A stretch of DNA of 64,000 nt from Thermodesulfovibrionia bacterium. Its GTDB lineage: Bacteria > Nitrospirota > Thermodesulfovibrionia > UBA6902. The notes under the pieces are model-generated. The model was given only the letters and a program-made list of their open reading frames with translations. It made no database searches and was not told where the DNA came from. Of this stretch, positions 1-9,820 are shown in pieces; position 1 is the first letter of the stretch; every line of letters begins with the position of its first letter. The translations under genes and the position numbers were made by a program. Where the stretch lies: the NCBI GenBank assembly GCA_020057065.1, contig JAGVGM010000349.1:28647-92646 (forward strand). The letters run 5' to 3'.

Positions 1-1881
1 TATACTGCGAACTTCACGACACAGTATCAGCTGACTGCAAATGCAAGCCCATCAGCAGGCGGAAGCGTAAGCCCGAACTGTCCGTCAGGCTGCTGGTATA
101 ACAGCGGTGCCCTGGTATCAGTAATTGCTGCATCAAACGCCGGTTATGCCTTTGCAAACTGGTCAGGCGCCTGCACAGGAAACGGAACCTGCAGCGTTAC
201 AATGGATGCGGCAAAGTCAGTTTCGGCAAACTTTGTATTAACACCATCAATAACAGTCACAACCTCACCGGCAGGCCGGCAGATCACTGTTGACGGAGTA
301 AATTACATAGCGACTCAGACATTTATCTGGACAGCAGGTTCATCACATACTATCGGAGTATCATCACCGCAGGTCCGGGAAGGGACAGGATATTTTTACG
401 CCTCATGGAGCGACGCAGGAGCGCAGTCACACACAATAATAACACCTTCTTCCGCAACGGCCTATACTGCGAACTTCACGATACGGTATCAGTTAACTAC
501 AAATGCAAGCCCTTCAGCAGGCGGAAGCGTCAGCCCGATCTGTCCATCAGGTTGCTGGAATGACAGCGGCGCCTTGGTATCAGTAACTGCTGCATCAAAA
601 GCCGGTTATGCCTTTGCAAACTGGTCAGGCGCATGCACAGGAAACGGGGCATGCAGTGTTACAATGAGTGCGGCAAAGTCCGTTACGGCAAACTTCTGCG
701 CATTGAGCACCTATTACAGTGATTCAGATAAAGATGGATACGGCAATTCTTCAGTCTCAACGCAGGCATGCACAAAGCCGTTGGGATATGTGACGAACAA
801 TTCGGACTGTGATGATGCCAATTCAGCGATCAAGCCCGAGGCAACAGAGATATGCGACGGCGTTGACAATGACTGCAACACTTCAACCTCTGACGGCTCA
901 GGAGAGAACTGGTATTATGGGTCCTGTGACGGCGCTGATCAGGACCTTTGCAATGAAGGCACATACCAGTGCAGCAATGGACAGAAGATATGCTCTGATA
1001 ATACAGGGAACAATGTGGAACTCTGTGACGGTGTGGACAATGACTGCAATGGGCTTACAGATGAAGGTTTTGCGGATTCAGACAGCGACAAGATAGGCGA
1101 TGCCTGTGACAACTGTCCGAACACTGCCAACCCCGACCAACTCGACACAGACGCTGACGGCATCGGCGACGCCTGCGATCCCGATGATGACAATGACGGC
1201 ATTCCTGATTATTGGGAACTTCAGTATGGTTTAGACCCCAAGAAAAGTTTAGATGCAGCAGAGGACCCTGACAAGGACGGGTTCACTAATCTGCAGGAAT
1301 ACCAGTGGAACACGGACCCGAATGACCCTGCATCAAAACCAATGACCGTAAAAATCAATATTGAAAAGGGATTTAACCTGATCAGTTATTCAAGAAAGAG
1401 TATTCCCGCTATCAGTGCCTTTGATTTCATAAAGATGCTTGGCAGTTCACAGGAGCTTGAGAGCATGTTGAAATTCGACAGTACCTCCGGACGGTATAAG
1501 GAAGTAAGGTACAATGCTTTGGGTGAACCTGAAGGGGACGACTTTGAACTTGTAAACGGAGAAGGCTATATTGTCTACTCAAAGGTTCAAAAGACAGTTG
1601 AACTGATCTTCAGCAATGAGTGTTCAGTAGCGGGGCTGAAGACAGGAGTGAATTTGTTAGGCTCTTCATGCTTTTCTGTAAACATGACAGCATATCAGCT
1701 TCTCCAGAATATCGGTAATGACACAGTCGTCTCCGGTATACAGCGATATAACACTGAGACTGGCAAATTCGAGACCGCAGGCTATCTTAACGGCCAGCCT
1801 GCAGGCGTGAACTTCCTGATAAAAGCAGGCGAGGGGTATTTTATCTATATGAAAAAGGATGTGAGCGGCTTTAAGCCGTGA
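1..1881 (+). CDS. Large modular secreted/surface protein, 5'-partial (InlB B-repeat-like units, Cys-rich MopE-like repeats, TSP3 repeats, shared C-terminal domain)
   Basis: Frame 1 is open from base 1 ([25 protein letters not shown]...). Contains [13 protein letters not shown]...CSVTM...VTANF repeats, ICDGVDNDC motifs and [12 protein letters not shown] TSP3 motifs; ends [17 protein letters not shown]. Confidence 0.85.
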   Translation, partial: YTANFTTQYQLTANASPSAGGSVSPNCPSGCWYNSGALVSVIAASNAGYAFANWSGACTGNGTCSVTMDAAKSVSANFVLTPSITVTTSPAGRQITVDGVNYIATQTFIWTAGSSHTIGVSSPQVREGTGYFYASWSDAGAQSHTIITPSSATAYTANFTIRYQLTTNASPSAGGSVSPICPSGCWNDSGALVSVTAASKAGYAFANWSGACTGNGACSVTMSAAKSVTANFCALSTYYSDSDKDGYGNSSVSTQACTKPLGYVTNNSDCDDANSAIKPEATEICDGVDNDCNTSTSDGSGENWYYGSCDGADQDLCNEGTYQCSNGQKICSDNTGNNVELCDGVDNDCNGLTDEGFADSDSDKIGDACDNCPNTANPDQLDTDADGIGDACDPDDDNDGIPDYWELQYGLDPKKSLDAAEDPDKDGFTNLQEYQWNTDPNDPASKPMTVKINIEKGFNLISYSRKSIPAISAFDFIKMLGSSQELESMLKFDSTSGRYKEVRYNALGEPEGDDFELVNGEGYIVYSKVQKTVELIFSNECSVAGLKTGVNLLGSSCFSVNMTAYQLLQNIGNDTVVSGIQRYNTETGKFETAGYLNGQPAGVNFLIKAGEGYFIYMKKDVSGFKP

Positions 1882-2058
1882 GAATTTAGAAAAGACAGTT
1901 GCGAGTTACTAGTTGCGAGTAACGGGAAAAGATACAGGATGTGACGGGGTTTAAGCCGTAGAGATGAAGCGAGGAAGTTGGTAAGCGCGGAAGCGTGAAA
2001 GACTTAAACTGACCGATGCATTATATTTTACTGACCGCTGATAGCTGACTGCTGAGAG
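1879..2058 (+). repeat. Conserved 3' flank of the giant genes with heptamer/octamer short repeats (partial copies at 7921-8009 and 13709-13880)
   Basis: TGAGAATT..AAAAGACAGTTGCGAGTTAC(G)AGTTGCG follows three genes; AAGCGCGGAAGCG..GAAAGACTTAAACTGACC..GCTGATAGCTGA is shared by the first and third copies. Confidence 0.85.
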
Positions 2059-2079
2059 CGGGCAGGAAAGAGATTTGTA

Positions 2080-2316
2080 CTATTTAAAGATATCGTAGTT
2101 GTAAATTTGATTGTGATGTCCAATGAAACGGAGTTCGGCATGATTGGTTTCAATAAACTTAAATACGATTCGGTAGGATATATCTATCCGGAAGCTCCAG
2201 ACCTGATGTCCTTTGGGGTGAAGTTTTTCAATTCACTTTCTTACAGCCTTTTTCTGAATGGGTTTGGGGATCTTTTTAAAAAGGTTATCAAAGGTCCTGG
2301 TGGTGGAAATTTCCAT
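2080..2316 (-). pseudogene. RelE/ParE-superfamily toxin with in-frame TGA
   Basis: Hand translation MEISTTRTFDNLFKKIPKPIQKKAVRK*IEKLHPKGHQVWSFRIDISYRIVFKF...FIGHHNQIY; TGA at 2233-2235; ATG abuts the antitoxin stop. Confidence 0.75.
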
Positions 2317-2523
2317 TTATTGATCAAGAAGCTCAGAGAGGGATTCTCTTTTTGTAACACGTCCCTTTTTATGGTCTTCCTCCGAGAGATCAAGAAGTCT
2401 GAGGAATTCCTTTCTGTAAATGCCGGCTGCATCACAGAAAGTTTCAAAAGTCTCTTTGTTTATTTCCATGTAAATGCTTTTAGGAGTTTTTTTTGTTATT
2501 GTTGCTTTAAGTTTTGGTTTCAT
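2317..2523 (-). CDS. Putative antitoxin
   Basis: 68 aa with SEEDHKKGRV motif, directly upstream of the RelE-like gene. Confidence 0.65.
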   Translation of the reverse strand: MKPKLKATITKKTPKSIYMEINKETFETFCDAAGIYRKEFLRLLDLSEEDHKKGRVTKRESLSELLDQ

Positions 2524-2649
2524 AAGAGTGATGCCTCTTTTTCAAATATGGTTAAACTTAATATAGCATAAATTCGCAGAGCTGTGAAAGCCTTGCGTAT
2601 TCCCCCCTCTTTGGAAAATAGGGGTCAGGGGAGATTTTTTAAACAGGGA

Positions 2650-3063
2650 TTACGAAATGAGTTTCAGACATTTATTGGCGGTTAAAACTTTAAATGGCAA
2701 ATTGGGATTGCGGCTCAGGAAGTGCCGGTTCTCAGTGACGAGTACATCAGCGCCTACCCATTCAGTGTATGCCGCAATGAGCGCATCAGCTTCTTTAAAG
2801 CCTTCGGCTTCATATTTTGCGCCTAATTCAAAAGGAATTAGAAAGTCTTCGTCCACTTTGGTAAAGGTGTTAGCGAAGTTGATGAAATTCTGGAAATCTT
2901 TGGGAGATAAATTATCCCTTACTTCTTCTATAATCGTCCGGCATATAGAAACAAAATATAGGGGAAAACTGTCAACGAGATGTTTTAATAGTGATTTGCA
3001 GCTTTCTTTTTTGGAAAGCCCCATAGCAAAGATATATTCATTAGCATCAAGGACGAAGTGCAA
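2650..3063 (-). CDS. PIN-domain (VapC-like) toxin
   Basis: FVLDANEYI N-terminus; acidic PIN motifs EADALIAA and LVTENRHF. Confidence 0.8.
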   Translation of the reverse strand: MHFVLDANEYIFAMGLSKKESCKSLLKHLVDSFPLYFVSICRTIIEEVRDNLSPKDFQNFINFANTFTKVDEDFLIPFELGAKYEAEGFKEADALIAAYTEWVGADVLVTENRHFLSRNPNLPFKVLTANKCLKLIS

Positions 3064-3211
3064 GCTTCTTCTCCCACAATTTTTTTCTTGTCTTGCGCAA
3101 TTTATTGATAACTTCCTCTTCGCTCATGCCCTCAAATGGGGACGGTTTTCTGGCTATACTTTCGCACAATTCATTCCAAAGTTTTTTTACTTCTGCTTTT
3201 TTGGTTTTCAT
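3047..3211 (-). CDS. Putative antitoxin (54 aa, not in ORF track)
   Basis: MKTKKAEVKKLWNELCESIARKPSPFEGMSEEEVINKLRKTRKKLWEKKLALRP*; GAGGTG RBS; overlaps the PIN gene start. Confidence 0.7.
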   Translation of the reverse strand: MKTKKAEVKKLWNELCESIARKPSPFEGMSEEEVINKLRKTRKKLWEKKLALRP

Positions 3212-3273
3212 GATTTATCACCTCTATTTAAAGATTACTATGAGGTACTGGAGATGTCAAGGCAAAGGAGTGA

Positions 3274-3364
3274 TTCCCCTCTATCAAGAGGGGGCAGGGG
3301 TGTGTTCCCTTCTTTGGAAAAGACCAACAGTAGGTGCCTTAAGCAGGGGCAAGGGGAGATTTTT
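3274..3364. repeat. C-run/G-run palindromic intergenic repeat family (also ~2601-2640, 8896-8940, 35381-35457, 35913-35990, 41413-41488, 48862-48918, 56813-56927, 57892-57969, 59749-59779)
   Basis: Recurrent ATCTCCCCT..CCCCTCTTT..AAAGAGGGG..AGGGGAGATTTT hairpin-forming units. Confidence 0.85.
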
Positions 3365-3438
3365 GAAGAACCATAAAAGAAGGCAAATGAGCCTGAATAA
3401 TTATAAAACCCAGCTTTGATGTATAAAGGAGGATTACC

Positions 3439-6400
3439 ATGAAAAAAAATATTTTGATCCTGCATGAGAAAAAGGTTTTTATTAAATTATTTTATCTGTG
3501 GATGTGCGCTGCACTGCTGATCGGTTCTTCAATAGCGGAGGCTGGAAGTTATCAAAATACTGTTGATTTCAATGCACAGCAGGGCAGGAGTAACGTCAAC
3601 ACCATATGGAAACATTGTTTCACCATTCCTCAAAATGAAGTTATCAGTTCCGCAACGCTTCAAGTTAGGTCCATGGTTTGGAGTTGGCCTACTGGCGGGA
3701 TAATCGGAGAGTATGTAAGTGATTCGACAACATTTTACATAGATGCAGCGCATCGTGTTGTAAATTATTCACTGGGGTCCAGCGGTACCCATCCGGTGAC
3801 CGGCAATTTCTACGTAATCAGCCGTGACCTCACGAATGTACAGGTTGAATGGCTGAAGGACGATAAATGTCTTGATGTAGAGTTGTTTACCAGTTTTGGG
3901 GGAACCTACTATTTGGACTACTCAATTCTGTCTGTCATCACTGCTGTTGATGCGGACGGCGATGGATATCCCTCAACGGTGGATTGCAATGATAAAGACA
4001 ATACAATTTACCCCGGTGCGCCGGAGATATGTGACGGGAAGGCGAATGACTGTAACAAACCTACAGCGCCTGACGGCTCAGGGGAGAGTTGGTACGGTGC
4101 AGCCTGTGACGGGCCTGATAAAGACCTCTGTACTGAGGGAAAGTATTCATGTACAAATGCGGCGCAGGTCTGTTCGGATACATCGGGAGATAATATAGAT
4201 ATCTGCGATGGACTGGACAATGACTGTAACCCGACTACTGCTGACGGCTACGGGGAGAGCTGGTACGGCGTGGCCTGTGACGGGACTGACAGTGATCTCT
4301 GTAGCGAAGGCACCTATGTATGCACGAGCGGTTTACAGCTCTGTACTGATACGACAGGGAACAATATAGATATCTGCGACGGCATTGATAATGACTGCGA
4401 TCCAGGTTCACCTGACGGCTCAGAGGAAAGTTGGTACCGTTCATTCTGTGACGGGCCTGACAGTGATCTCTGTAACGAAGGGGCTTATCTTTGCCCAAAC
4501 GGTTCACAGGTTTGTAATGATACGACTGGCAATAATGCAGAAGTTTGCGATGGCGAGGACAATGACTGCAACGGGGAAACAGATGAAGGGTTTGACTCGG
4601 ATGCAGACGGAAAGGCCGACTGTTTAGATAATTGCCCGACAATCGCAAATGCTGATCAGAAGGACACTGATAAGGACGGGGTCGGCAATGCATGCGATAA
4701 TTGTCCGGCTTATGCCAATCCGGATCAGACGGATTCCAACAGTGACGGCATAGGCGACGCATGTACAGCTACAGGAATGCAGATACAGATATTAAAAACA
4801 ATAATCAATACGAGCGCCGGCGACAAATGGAAGATAGACGTGAATGTTATCGATCCCTCCGGAGTGCGTTTGATCCAGATATGGGTAAATAACAATAAGG
4901 AAGCGAGCTGTTACAATACGCCTTCATGTACGGATACAACCCCTGCGTTACTGGGCGAACCTTCCATTGGCGCTACAGCGATCAATGGAGACGGTATGTT
5001 CGGTGCGGAAGGGATAGTGCCCGAAGAGGCCTTCGGCATAGACTGGATGTTCGAGGACGACGACGGCGACGGATTTATGAATTATGAGGACAACTGCAGG
5101 TATTTGGCCAACCCCGGGCAGTTTGATTATGACGCAGACGGCGTTGGCGATGACTGTGATCAGTGTGATGCGTTTCTGGCATGCGGTGCTGTTCCGCATG
5201 TGCCGGCATCGCCGGAGTATGTGTGTTTAGGCGGTGATTACGGCCTTGAGAACGGGGGGATATATTATTATGAGGCCCTTTATGATCTGGTAGATTTTAA
5301 TGGATGCGGCTGTTATGACACTGACGGAGGAGCGAATTTTGCATTAAGGGGAAGAATATATCAGGAAGGTATTGATACCCTTATCATAGATTTTATGGGA
5401 AGGGAATCCTGCCGGAGCACCAGCGAATGTCAGTTCATGTATGATGATACATGTGTTAATGCCTCAACCGTCCGTGAATATTTCTGCGGAAGCGCCGGGA
5501 TAGAGAGCCGGGATTTTGATTGTGACCTCGGATGTTTTCAGGGGGCTTGTGACATAGATACAGATGGAGACGGCCTGATTAACAGACAGGATAACTGCCC
5601 CGGAATTGCAAACCCTGATCAATGGGACGGGGATGGAGATGGAATAGGGACTATATGTGATAATTGCCCTGGTAACGCAAACGCCAATCAACTGGATGGT
5701 GATGACGATGGCATGGGCAATGTCTGTGACAACTGTCCTGAAGATTCAAACGCTGACCAGGCAGATGTCAATGTTGATAACACTGGCGATGCATGTGATT
5801 GCTTTGATTTGCTTCAGGGGCCGAACGAAACAGGGGTGGATTGCGGCGGCGACTGCGGTGCATGTATTGCGTGCTCATGGTGCGGAGGAAGTGTTAGTCC
5901 CATAAGGATAAAGGGTGAGCCCAATGCGGGTCAGATAGATGTCGTATTCGTCGCACACGATAATTTTGCCGGAGACATGGTTACATTCAATACCCAGGTG
6001 CTGAACACTATCCGCTCTGCATACTTCACAATGGATACGCTGTCGGTAGATCCCGTTCCTGCGGATTACAAGGACAGATACAACTTCTATCAGTATACCG
6101 GAGGTGTTGCCGACAGGATGGGCTGCAACGCCGAGCTTCCGGGGATATCAGAACACAATGACTTTCTGGCCTGGTGCGTCCCGCTTTGTATATTTGCCGG
6201 CCCATTCGGATGCTTCTGCTGGGCTGATGAGCCGGAGACCTTCTGGGACCGTGCGCCGTTCACAGACTCTGCGGCGATACTGTCTGCCAACGCGACAGGC
6301 GGGTGTACGGACAGACTCGGACCGCCAAGCAGATGGATCGGAGACGCGGGCGATATGGATGAATCGATCCATGAGTCAATGCATTCGGTCTTCAGCCTCG

Positions 6401-7923
6401 TGGATGAATATTGCGGGAATACATTATATACACAGAACGATCCGCTGCCGAATGTCTGGAGCTCGCTGGATAACTGTCAGGATGATGCTTTGGCCGCGGG
6501 ATGGACCCTGGGAAACTGCCGTCAGATTGCAAGCGGAGGCTGTTCAAAGAGCTATTACCGGTATGACCCGGATGTCCCGAATCAGGATGTTATGACATGT
6601 AACTGTGCAGGATATAACTTCTATGAGGCCGACGTCAGAAAGATCAACTACGTCTATGACAACTGGCCCGTAAGCGACACGAAAGGGGTGTTGATTTATT
6701 TCAACATGAATAACGGTGTGATCACTGCACTGTTATCGAAGGTTGTTGACAGCCATCCGGACCTCGGCCTGCAGTATCCGTCCTTTATGGGCGAGATGCT
6801 GTCCTCAGGCGGTCAGGTACTGAAGAGCTTCGGGATATGGGACCCGAGGATACAGATCGGTGATGACGCAGAGATCAAAGAAAATGTTAATTTTGAGGTG
6901 ATCATTCCGTTCTCCAATGCCCTGAAGACATTTTTGATAAAGAAGACTGATACAGGGGAAGTACTGGTCACTGTCGATCTGACCGCAACATTGAGCAATT
7001 ATTGCTTCAGCACGAATTATCAGAGCGATGAATGCCAGACCGTGCTCGATCTCGATGGAGACAGTGTTCCGGGTATGGCGGACAACTGTCCACCTGTTGC
7101 AAATTCGGACCAGAAGGATTCAGACAGCGACAAGCTTGGCGATGCCTGTGACAACTGTCCGAATACTGCCAATTCAGACCAACTCGATACAGATGCTGAC
7201 GGCCTCGGTGATGCCTGCGATCCTGATGACGACAATGACGGCATTCCCGATAACTGGGAACTTCAATATGGATTAGACCCTAAGAAAAGCTCAGATGGAA
7301 CAGAGGACCCTGACAATGATGGATTCAACAATCTCCAGGAATACCAGTGGAACACGGATCCTAAAGACCCTGAATCGAAACCAATGAATGTAACGATCGA
7401 TCTTGGAACAGGATTTAATCTGATCAGTTATTCAGGGAAAAACAATCCACCGGTCAAGGCTTTTGAATTCATAAAGATGCTTGGCAGTTCACAGGAGATT
7501 GAGAGCGTGATGAGATTTGACAACACATCTGGAAGTTATAAAGAAGTAAGGTACAATGCTTCGGGTACGCCTGAAGGAGACAACGTCGAATTGATAAACG
7601 GAGAAGGATATATTGTCTACTCAAAGGCTGCAAAGACAGTTGATCTTATTTTCAGCGATCAGTGTTCAGTGACAGGGCTGAAGAGTGGGGTGAATTTGAT
7701 AGGGCCGCCGTGTGTTTCTGTGAGCATGACAGCATATCAGCTTCTTCAGCAGATCGGTGATGATATATTTGTCTCAAGCGTACAGCGTTTTAATGCAGAG
7801 ATCGGAAAGTTCGAGACCGCAGGTTATCTCAGCGGTCAGCCTGCCGGCGTGGACTTCCAGATTAAAGCAGGGGAGGGGTATTTTATTTATATGAAGCAGG
7901 ATGTGGGCGGCTTTCAGCCGTGA
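3439..7923 (+). CDS. Large modular secreted protein: Cys-rich repeats, TSP3 repeats, HExxH zinc peptidase (M64-like), shared C-terminal domain
   Basis: Hydrophobic N-terminal signal; three ~57-aa ICDG.DNDC..DGS.ESWY..CDG.D.DLC.EG.Y.C repeats; IDVVFV...YNFY...[14 protein letters not shown]; AGGAGG RBS. Confidence 0.85.
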   Translation: MKKNILILHEKKVFIKLFYLWMCAALLIGSSIAEAGSYQNTVDFNAQQGRSNVNTIWKHCFTIPQNEVISSATLQVRSMVWSWPTGGIIGEYVSDSTTFYIDAAHRVVNYSLGSSGTHPVTGNFYVISRDLTNVQVEWLKDDKCLDVELFTSFGGTYYLDYSILSVITAVDADGDGYPSTVDCNDKDNTIYPGAPEICDGKANDCNKPTAPDGSGESWYGAACDGPDKDLCTEGKYSCTNAAQVCSDTSGDNIDICDGLDNDCNPTTADGYGESWYGVACDGTDSDLCSEGTYVCTSGLQLCTDTTGNNIDICDGIDNDCDPGSPDGSEESWYRSFCDGPDSDLCNEGAYLCPNGSQVCNDTTGNNAEVCDGEDNDCNGETDEGFDSDADGKADCLDNCPTIANADQKDTDKDGVGNACDNCPAYANPDQTDSNSDGIGDACTATGMQIQILKTIINTSAGDKWKIDVNVIDPSGVRLIQIWVNNNKEASCYNTPSCTDTTPALLGEPSIGATAINGDGMFGAEGIVPEEAFGIDWMFEDDDGDGFMNYEDNCRYLANPGQFDYDADGVGDDCDQCDAFLACGAVPHVPASPEYVCLGGDYGLENGGIYYYEALYDLVDFNGCGCYDTDGGANFALRGRIYQEGIDTLIIDFMGRESCRSTSECQFMYDDTCVNASTVREYFCGSAGIESRDFDCDLGCFQGACDIDTDGDGLINRQDNCPGIANPDQWDGDGDGIGTICDNCPGNANANQLDGDDDGMGNVCDNCPEDSNADQADVNVDNTGDACDCFDLLQGPNETGVDCGGDCGACIACSWCGGSVSPIRIKGEPNAGQIDVVFVAHDNFAGDMVTFNTQVLNTIRSAYFTMDTLSVDPVPADYKDRYNFYQYTGGVADRMGCNAELPGISEHNDFLAWCVPLCIFAGPFGCFCWADEPETFWDRAPFTDSAAILSANATGGCTDRLGPPSRWIGDAGDMDESIHESMHSVFSLVDEYCGNTLYTQNDPLPNVWSSLDNCQDDALAAGWTLGNCRQIASGGCSKSYYRYDPDVPNQDVMTCNCAGYNFYEADVRKINYVYDNWPVSDTKGVLIYFNMNNGVITALLSKVVDSHPDLGLQYPSFMGEMLSSGGQVLKSFGIWDPRIQIGDDAEIKENVNFEVIIPFSNALKTFLIKKTDTGEVLVTVDLTATLSNYCFSTNYQSDECQTVLDLDGDSVPGMADNCPPVANSDQKDSDSDKLGDACDNCPNTANSDQLDTDADGLGDACDPDDDNDGIPDNWELQYGLDPKKSSDGTEDPDNDGFNNLQEYQWNTDPKDPESKPMNVTIDLGTGFNLISYSGKNNPPVKAFEFIKMLGSSQEIESVMRFDNTSGSYKEVRYNASGTPEGDNVELINGEGYIVYSKAAKTVDLIFSDQCSVTGLKSGVNLIGPPCVSVSMTAYQLLQQIGDDIFVSSVQRFNAEIGKFETAGYLSGQPAGVDFQIKAGEGYFIYMKQDVGGFQP

Positions 7924-8049
7924 GAATTCATAAAAGACAGTTGCGAGTTACGAGTTGCGGGTTGCGGGAAAAGACGCCAGATCAAGATGTGACGGGGTTT
8001 AAGCCGTATGATTTTCTTATTGACAACTGTTGAAGATAGCTGGTTTACT

Positions 8050-8181
8050 AATGAAGCAGAAATAAAGAGACTTGAGATCGGTCTGGACAAAACAAAAAAA
8101 GAAATTGCAAAGTTTGAGGAAAAGTATTCCATGAATATGTCGCTAACTGATTATCTCCGGTCTTTCTCTATTGGCACATGA
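8050..8181 (+). pseudogene. Probable antitoxin-like gene fragment
   Basis: Frame reads NEAEIKRLEIGLDKTKKEIAKFEEKYSM, resembling the FEEKYGM motif of small TA-associated proteins; no clear start. Confidence 0.35.
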
Positions 8182-8219
8182 GTTTTATAAACTTAAATCT
8201 TGCAAGTGAGGTGTAAGGC

Positions 8220-8408
8220 ATGGAAATTTTAAAATCAAAACTGGAAGGTCTTTTAAAGGAGCTTCCTGAAAAAGTGGATATCGAAGATGTTATTTACCGG
8301 ATATATCTTTTACAGAAAATTGAGGAAGGGGAGATAGATATTAAAGAAGGCAGAACCCTTTCTCATAAAGAAGCGCTTGAAAGGCTGTCGAAGAAATGGC
8401 AGCACTAA
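8220..8408 (+). CDS. Putative antitoxin
   Basis: LPEKVDIEDVIYRIYLLQKIEEGEIDIKEGRTLSHKE; overlaps the RelE/ParE gene. Confidence 0.75.
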   Translation: MEILKSKLEGLLKELPEKVDIEDVIYRIYLLQKIEEGEIDIKEGRTLSHKEALERLSKKWQH

Positions 8409-8701
8409 TTTGGTCTGAAAGAGCGATATCCGATATTGAGAACATTTACGATTACATTACACATGATTCACCCATGTATGCCCGGTTGACATCAGAGAGT
8501 ATTGTTGAATCTGTTGAAAGATTGCAGAGCTTTCCTGAATCAGGACGCCATCTGCCGGAATTTTCACAGTTGCCTTACAAGGAGGTAATAATCGGCAATT
8601 ACCGGGTAATTTACAAACATGATTCAGGAACGAATGAAGTAAAGATTATTACAGTTGTACACGGCAGCCGTCTTTTAACAAAAGTGATTCTTTCAGAATA
8701 A
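8396..8701 (+). CDS. RelE/ParE family toxin
   Basis: IWSERAISDIENIYDYI...FPESGR...NYRVIY...IITVVHGSR. Confidence 0.9.
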   Translation: MAALIWSERAISDIENIYDYITHDSPMYARLTSESIVESVERLQSFPESGRHLPEFSQLPYKEVIIGNYRVIYKHDSGTNEVKIITVVHGSRLLTKVILSE

Positions 8702-8777
8702 ACGATTATTCTTAGGGTAATGTCAAAAGTTTTATGAAAAAAGACAAGAAAACATGAAACCACAGAAAAAGAATTTC

Positions 8778-8838
8778 ACCACAGAGCACACAGAGAAAAA
8801 GATTTTTAAATTTAAACACTCTGTGAACTCAGTGGTTT
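8778..8838. repeat. Nonamer inverted repeat ACCACAGAG...CTCTGTG..CTCAGTGGT (half copy near 59626)
   Basis: ACCACAGAGCACACAGAG pairs with CTCTGTGAACTCAGTGGT. Confidence 0.6.
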
Positions 8839-9031
8839 CTTTTAACTCATTGATATTTATTAACGGTCTTAAAATAATAACGATATTATTTATAAAATCC
8901 CACCTAACCTCCCTTTGCCAAAGGGAGGCGAGGGGAGTTTTCATCATAAAATTTGAAAACGGCCGTTTTTAAGGATATTTTTATTGAGAATGTCATTGCG
9001 GTTCTGATAATATTAGACTAATGGAGGGAAT

Positions 9032-9346
9032 ATGATAACAAGTTCCAAATTACATCTATACGTTGAAAGTAGCGAGGGGATATGCGGAGGAGAGCCTGTG
9101 CTTACCGGAACAAGAATTCCTGTTAAGATAGTTATAGGCTGGTTTAAGAGGGGCAAAGAAGTAGATGAAATAGTTGCTATGTATCCAAATATCAACCATG
9201 CAATGGTATATGACGCCCTTTCCTACTATTATGATCACAAAGAGGAAGTTGATAAATTACTGAAGGAAAATACTATTGAATATCAATTGAAGCGCACCGA
9301 GGGCGAGGGTTGGAGAAGCCAAAGCTATATCTTGACGAAGACATAA
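9032..9346 (+). CDS. DUF433 domain protein (antitoxin)
   Basis: GICGGEPVLTGTRIPV...YPNI...VYDALSYYYDH. Confidence 0.9.
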   Translation: MITSSKLHLYVESSEGICGGEPVLTGTRIPVKIVIGWFKRGKEVDEIVAMYPNINHAMVYDALSYYYDHKEEVDKLLKENTIEYQLKRTEGEGWRSQSYILTKT

Positions 9347-9651
9347 CGGATTTACTTGCAAGAGTCTTGCGCACAATGGGATATGATGTGGTAAGCGCTC
9401 ATGAAGTCAAAATGCAAAGCAGGTTTGATGAGGAACAAGTTAGTTATGCAATAAAAGATAAAAGGGCTATGTTGACCTGCAATATCTCACATTTCACAAA
9501 TCTTGCCCGGAAATGCTATGAGAATAAAATATCACATTTCGGAATAATTGTGACACCTCAATTAGATTTTAAGGAAATGTTAAAACGGACAATTAACTTG
9601 TTAGACAATAATTCTTCCGACGATCTGAAAGACAGATATATCTGGCTGTAG
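9310..9651 (+). CDS. DUF5615 PIN-like toxin
   Basis: LYLDEDI...GYDVVSAHE...DEEQ...LTCN..HF...HFGII; overlaps DUF433. Confidence 0.85.
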   Translation: MEKPKLYLDEDITDLLARVLRTMGYDVVSAHEVKMQSRFDEEQVSYAIKDKRAMLTCNISHFTNLARKCYENKISHFGIIVTPQLDFKEMLKRTINLLDNNSSDDLKDRYIWL

Positions 9652-9688
9652 AGCTTCTTGTAAAAGTCCCTGCAAAATGACTTGGGCC

Positions 9689-9770
9689 GTCATACCCGTG
9701 AAAACGGGTATCCAGAAGCCGTTGTTTTTCAAAGAAATTGGATTCCCGCTCAACAGACTGCGGGAATGAC
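9689..9770. repeat. GTCATTCC...GGAATGAC paired-hairpin repeat family (also 19903-19978, 25148-25220, 42893-42957, 43743-43767, 48424-48489, 54804-54868, 58827-58886)
   Basis: Terminal inverted repeats GTCAT(T/A/G)CC / GG(A/C)ATGAC with internal hairpins, always intergenic. Confidence 0.85.
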
Positions 9771-9820
9771 TCTAATGTATTTTTACTTTTAACCTCATTA
9801 GTAATACAAGGAGGTCTCAC

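Noticed and set aside
2233-2235. In-frame TGA as selenocysteine or recoding
   Set aside because: Not a Cys-equivalent position, no SECIS-like hairpin seen, and TGA is used as a normal stop elsewhere in the window.
2657-3376. 239-aa plus-strand ORF (also 2107-2571)
   Set aside because: Antisense shadow of the TA genes, running into a palindromic repeat; no motifs.
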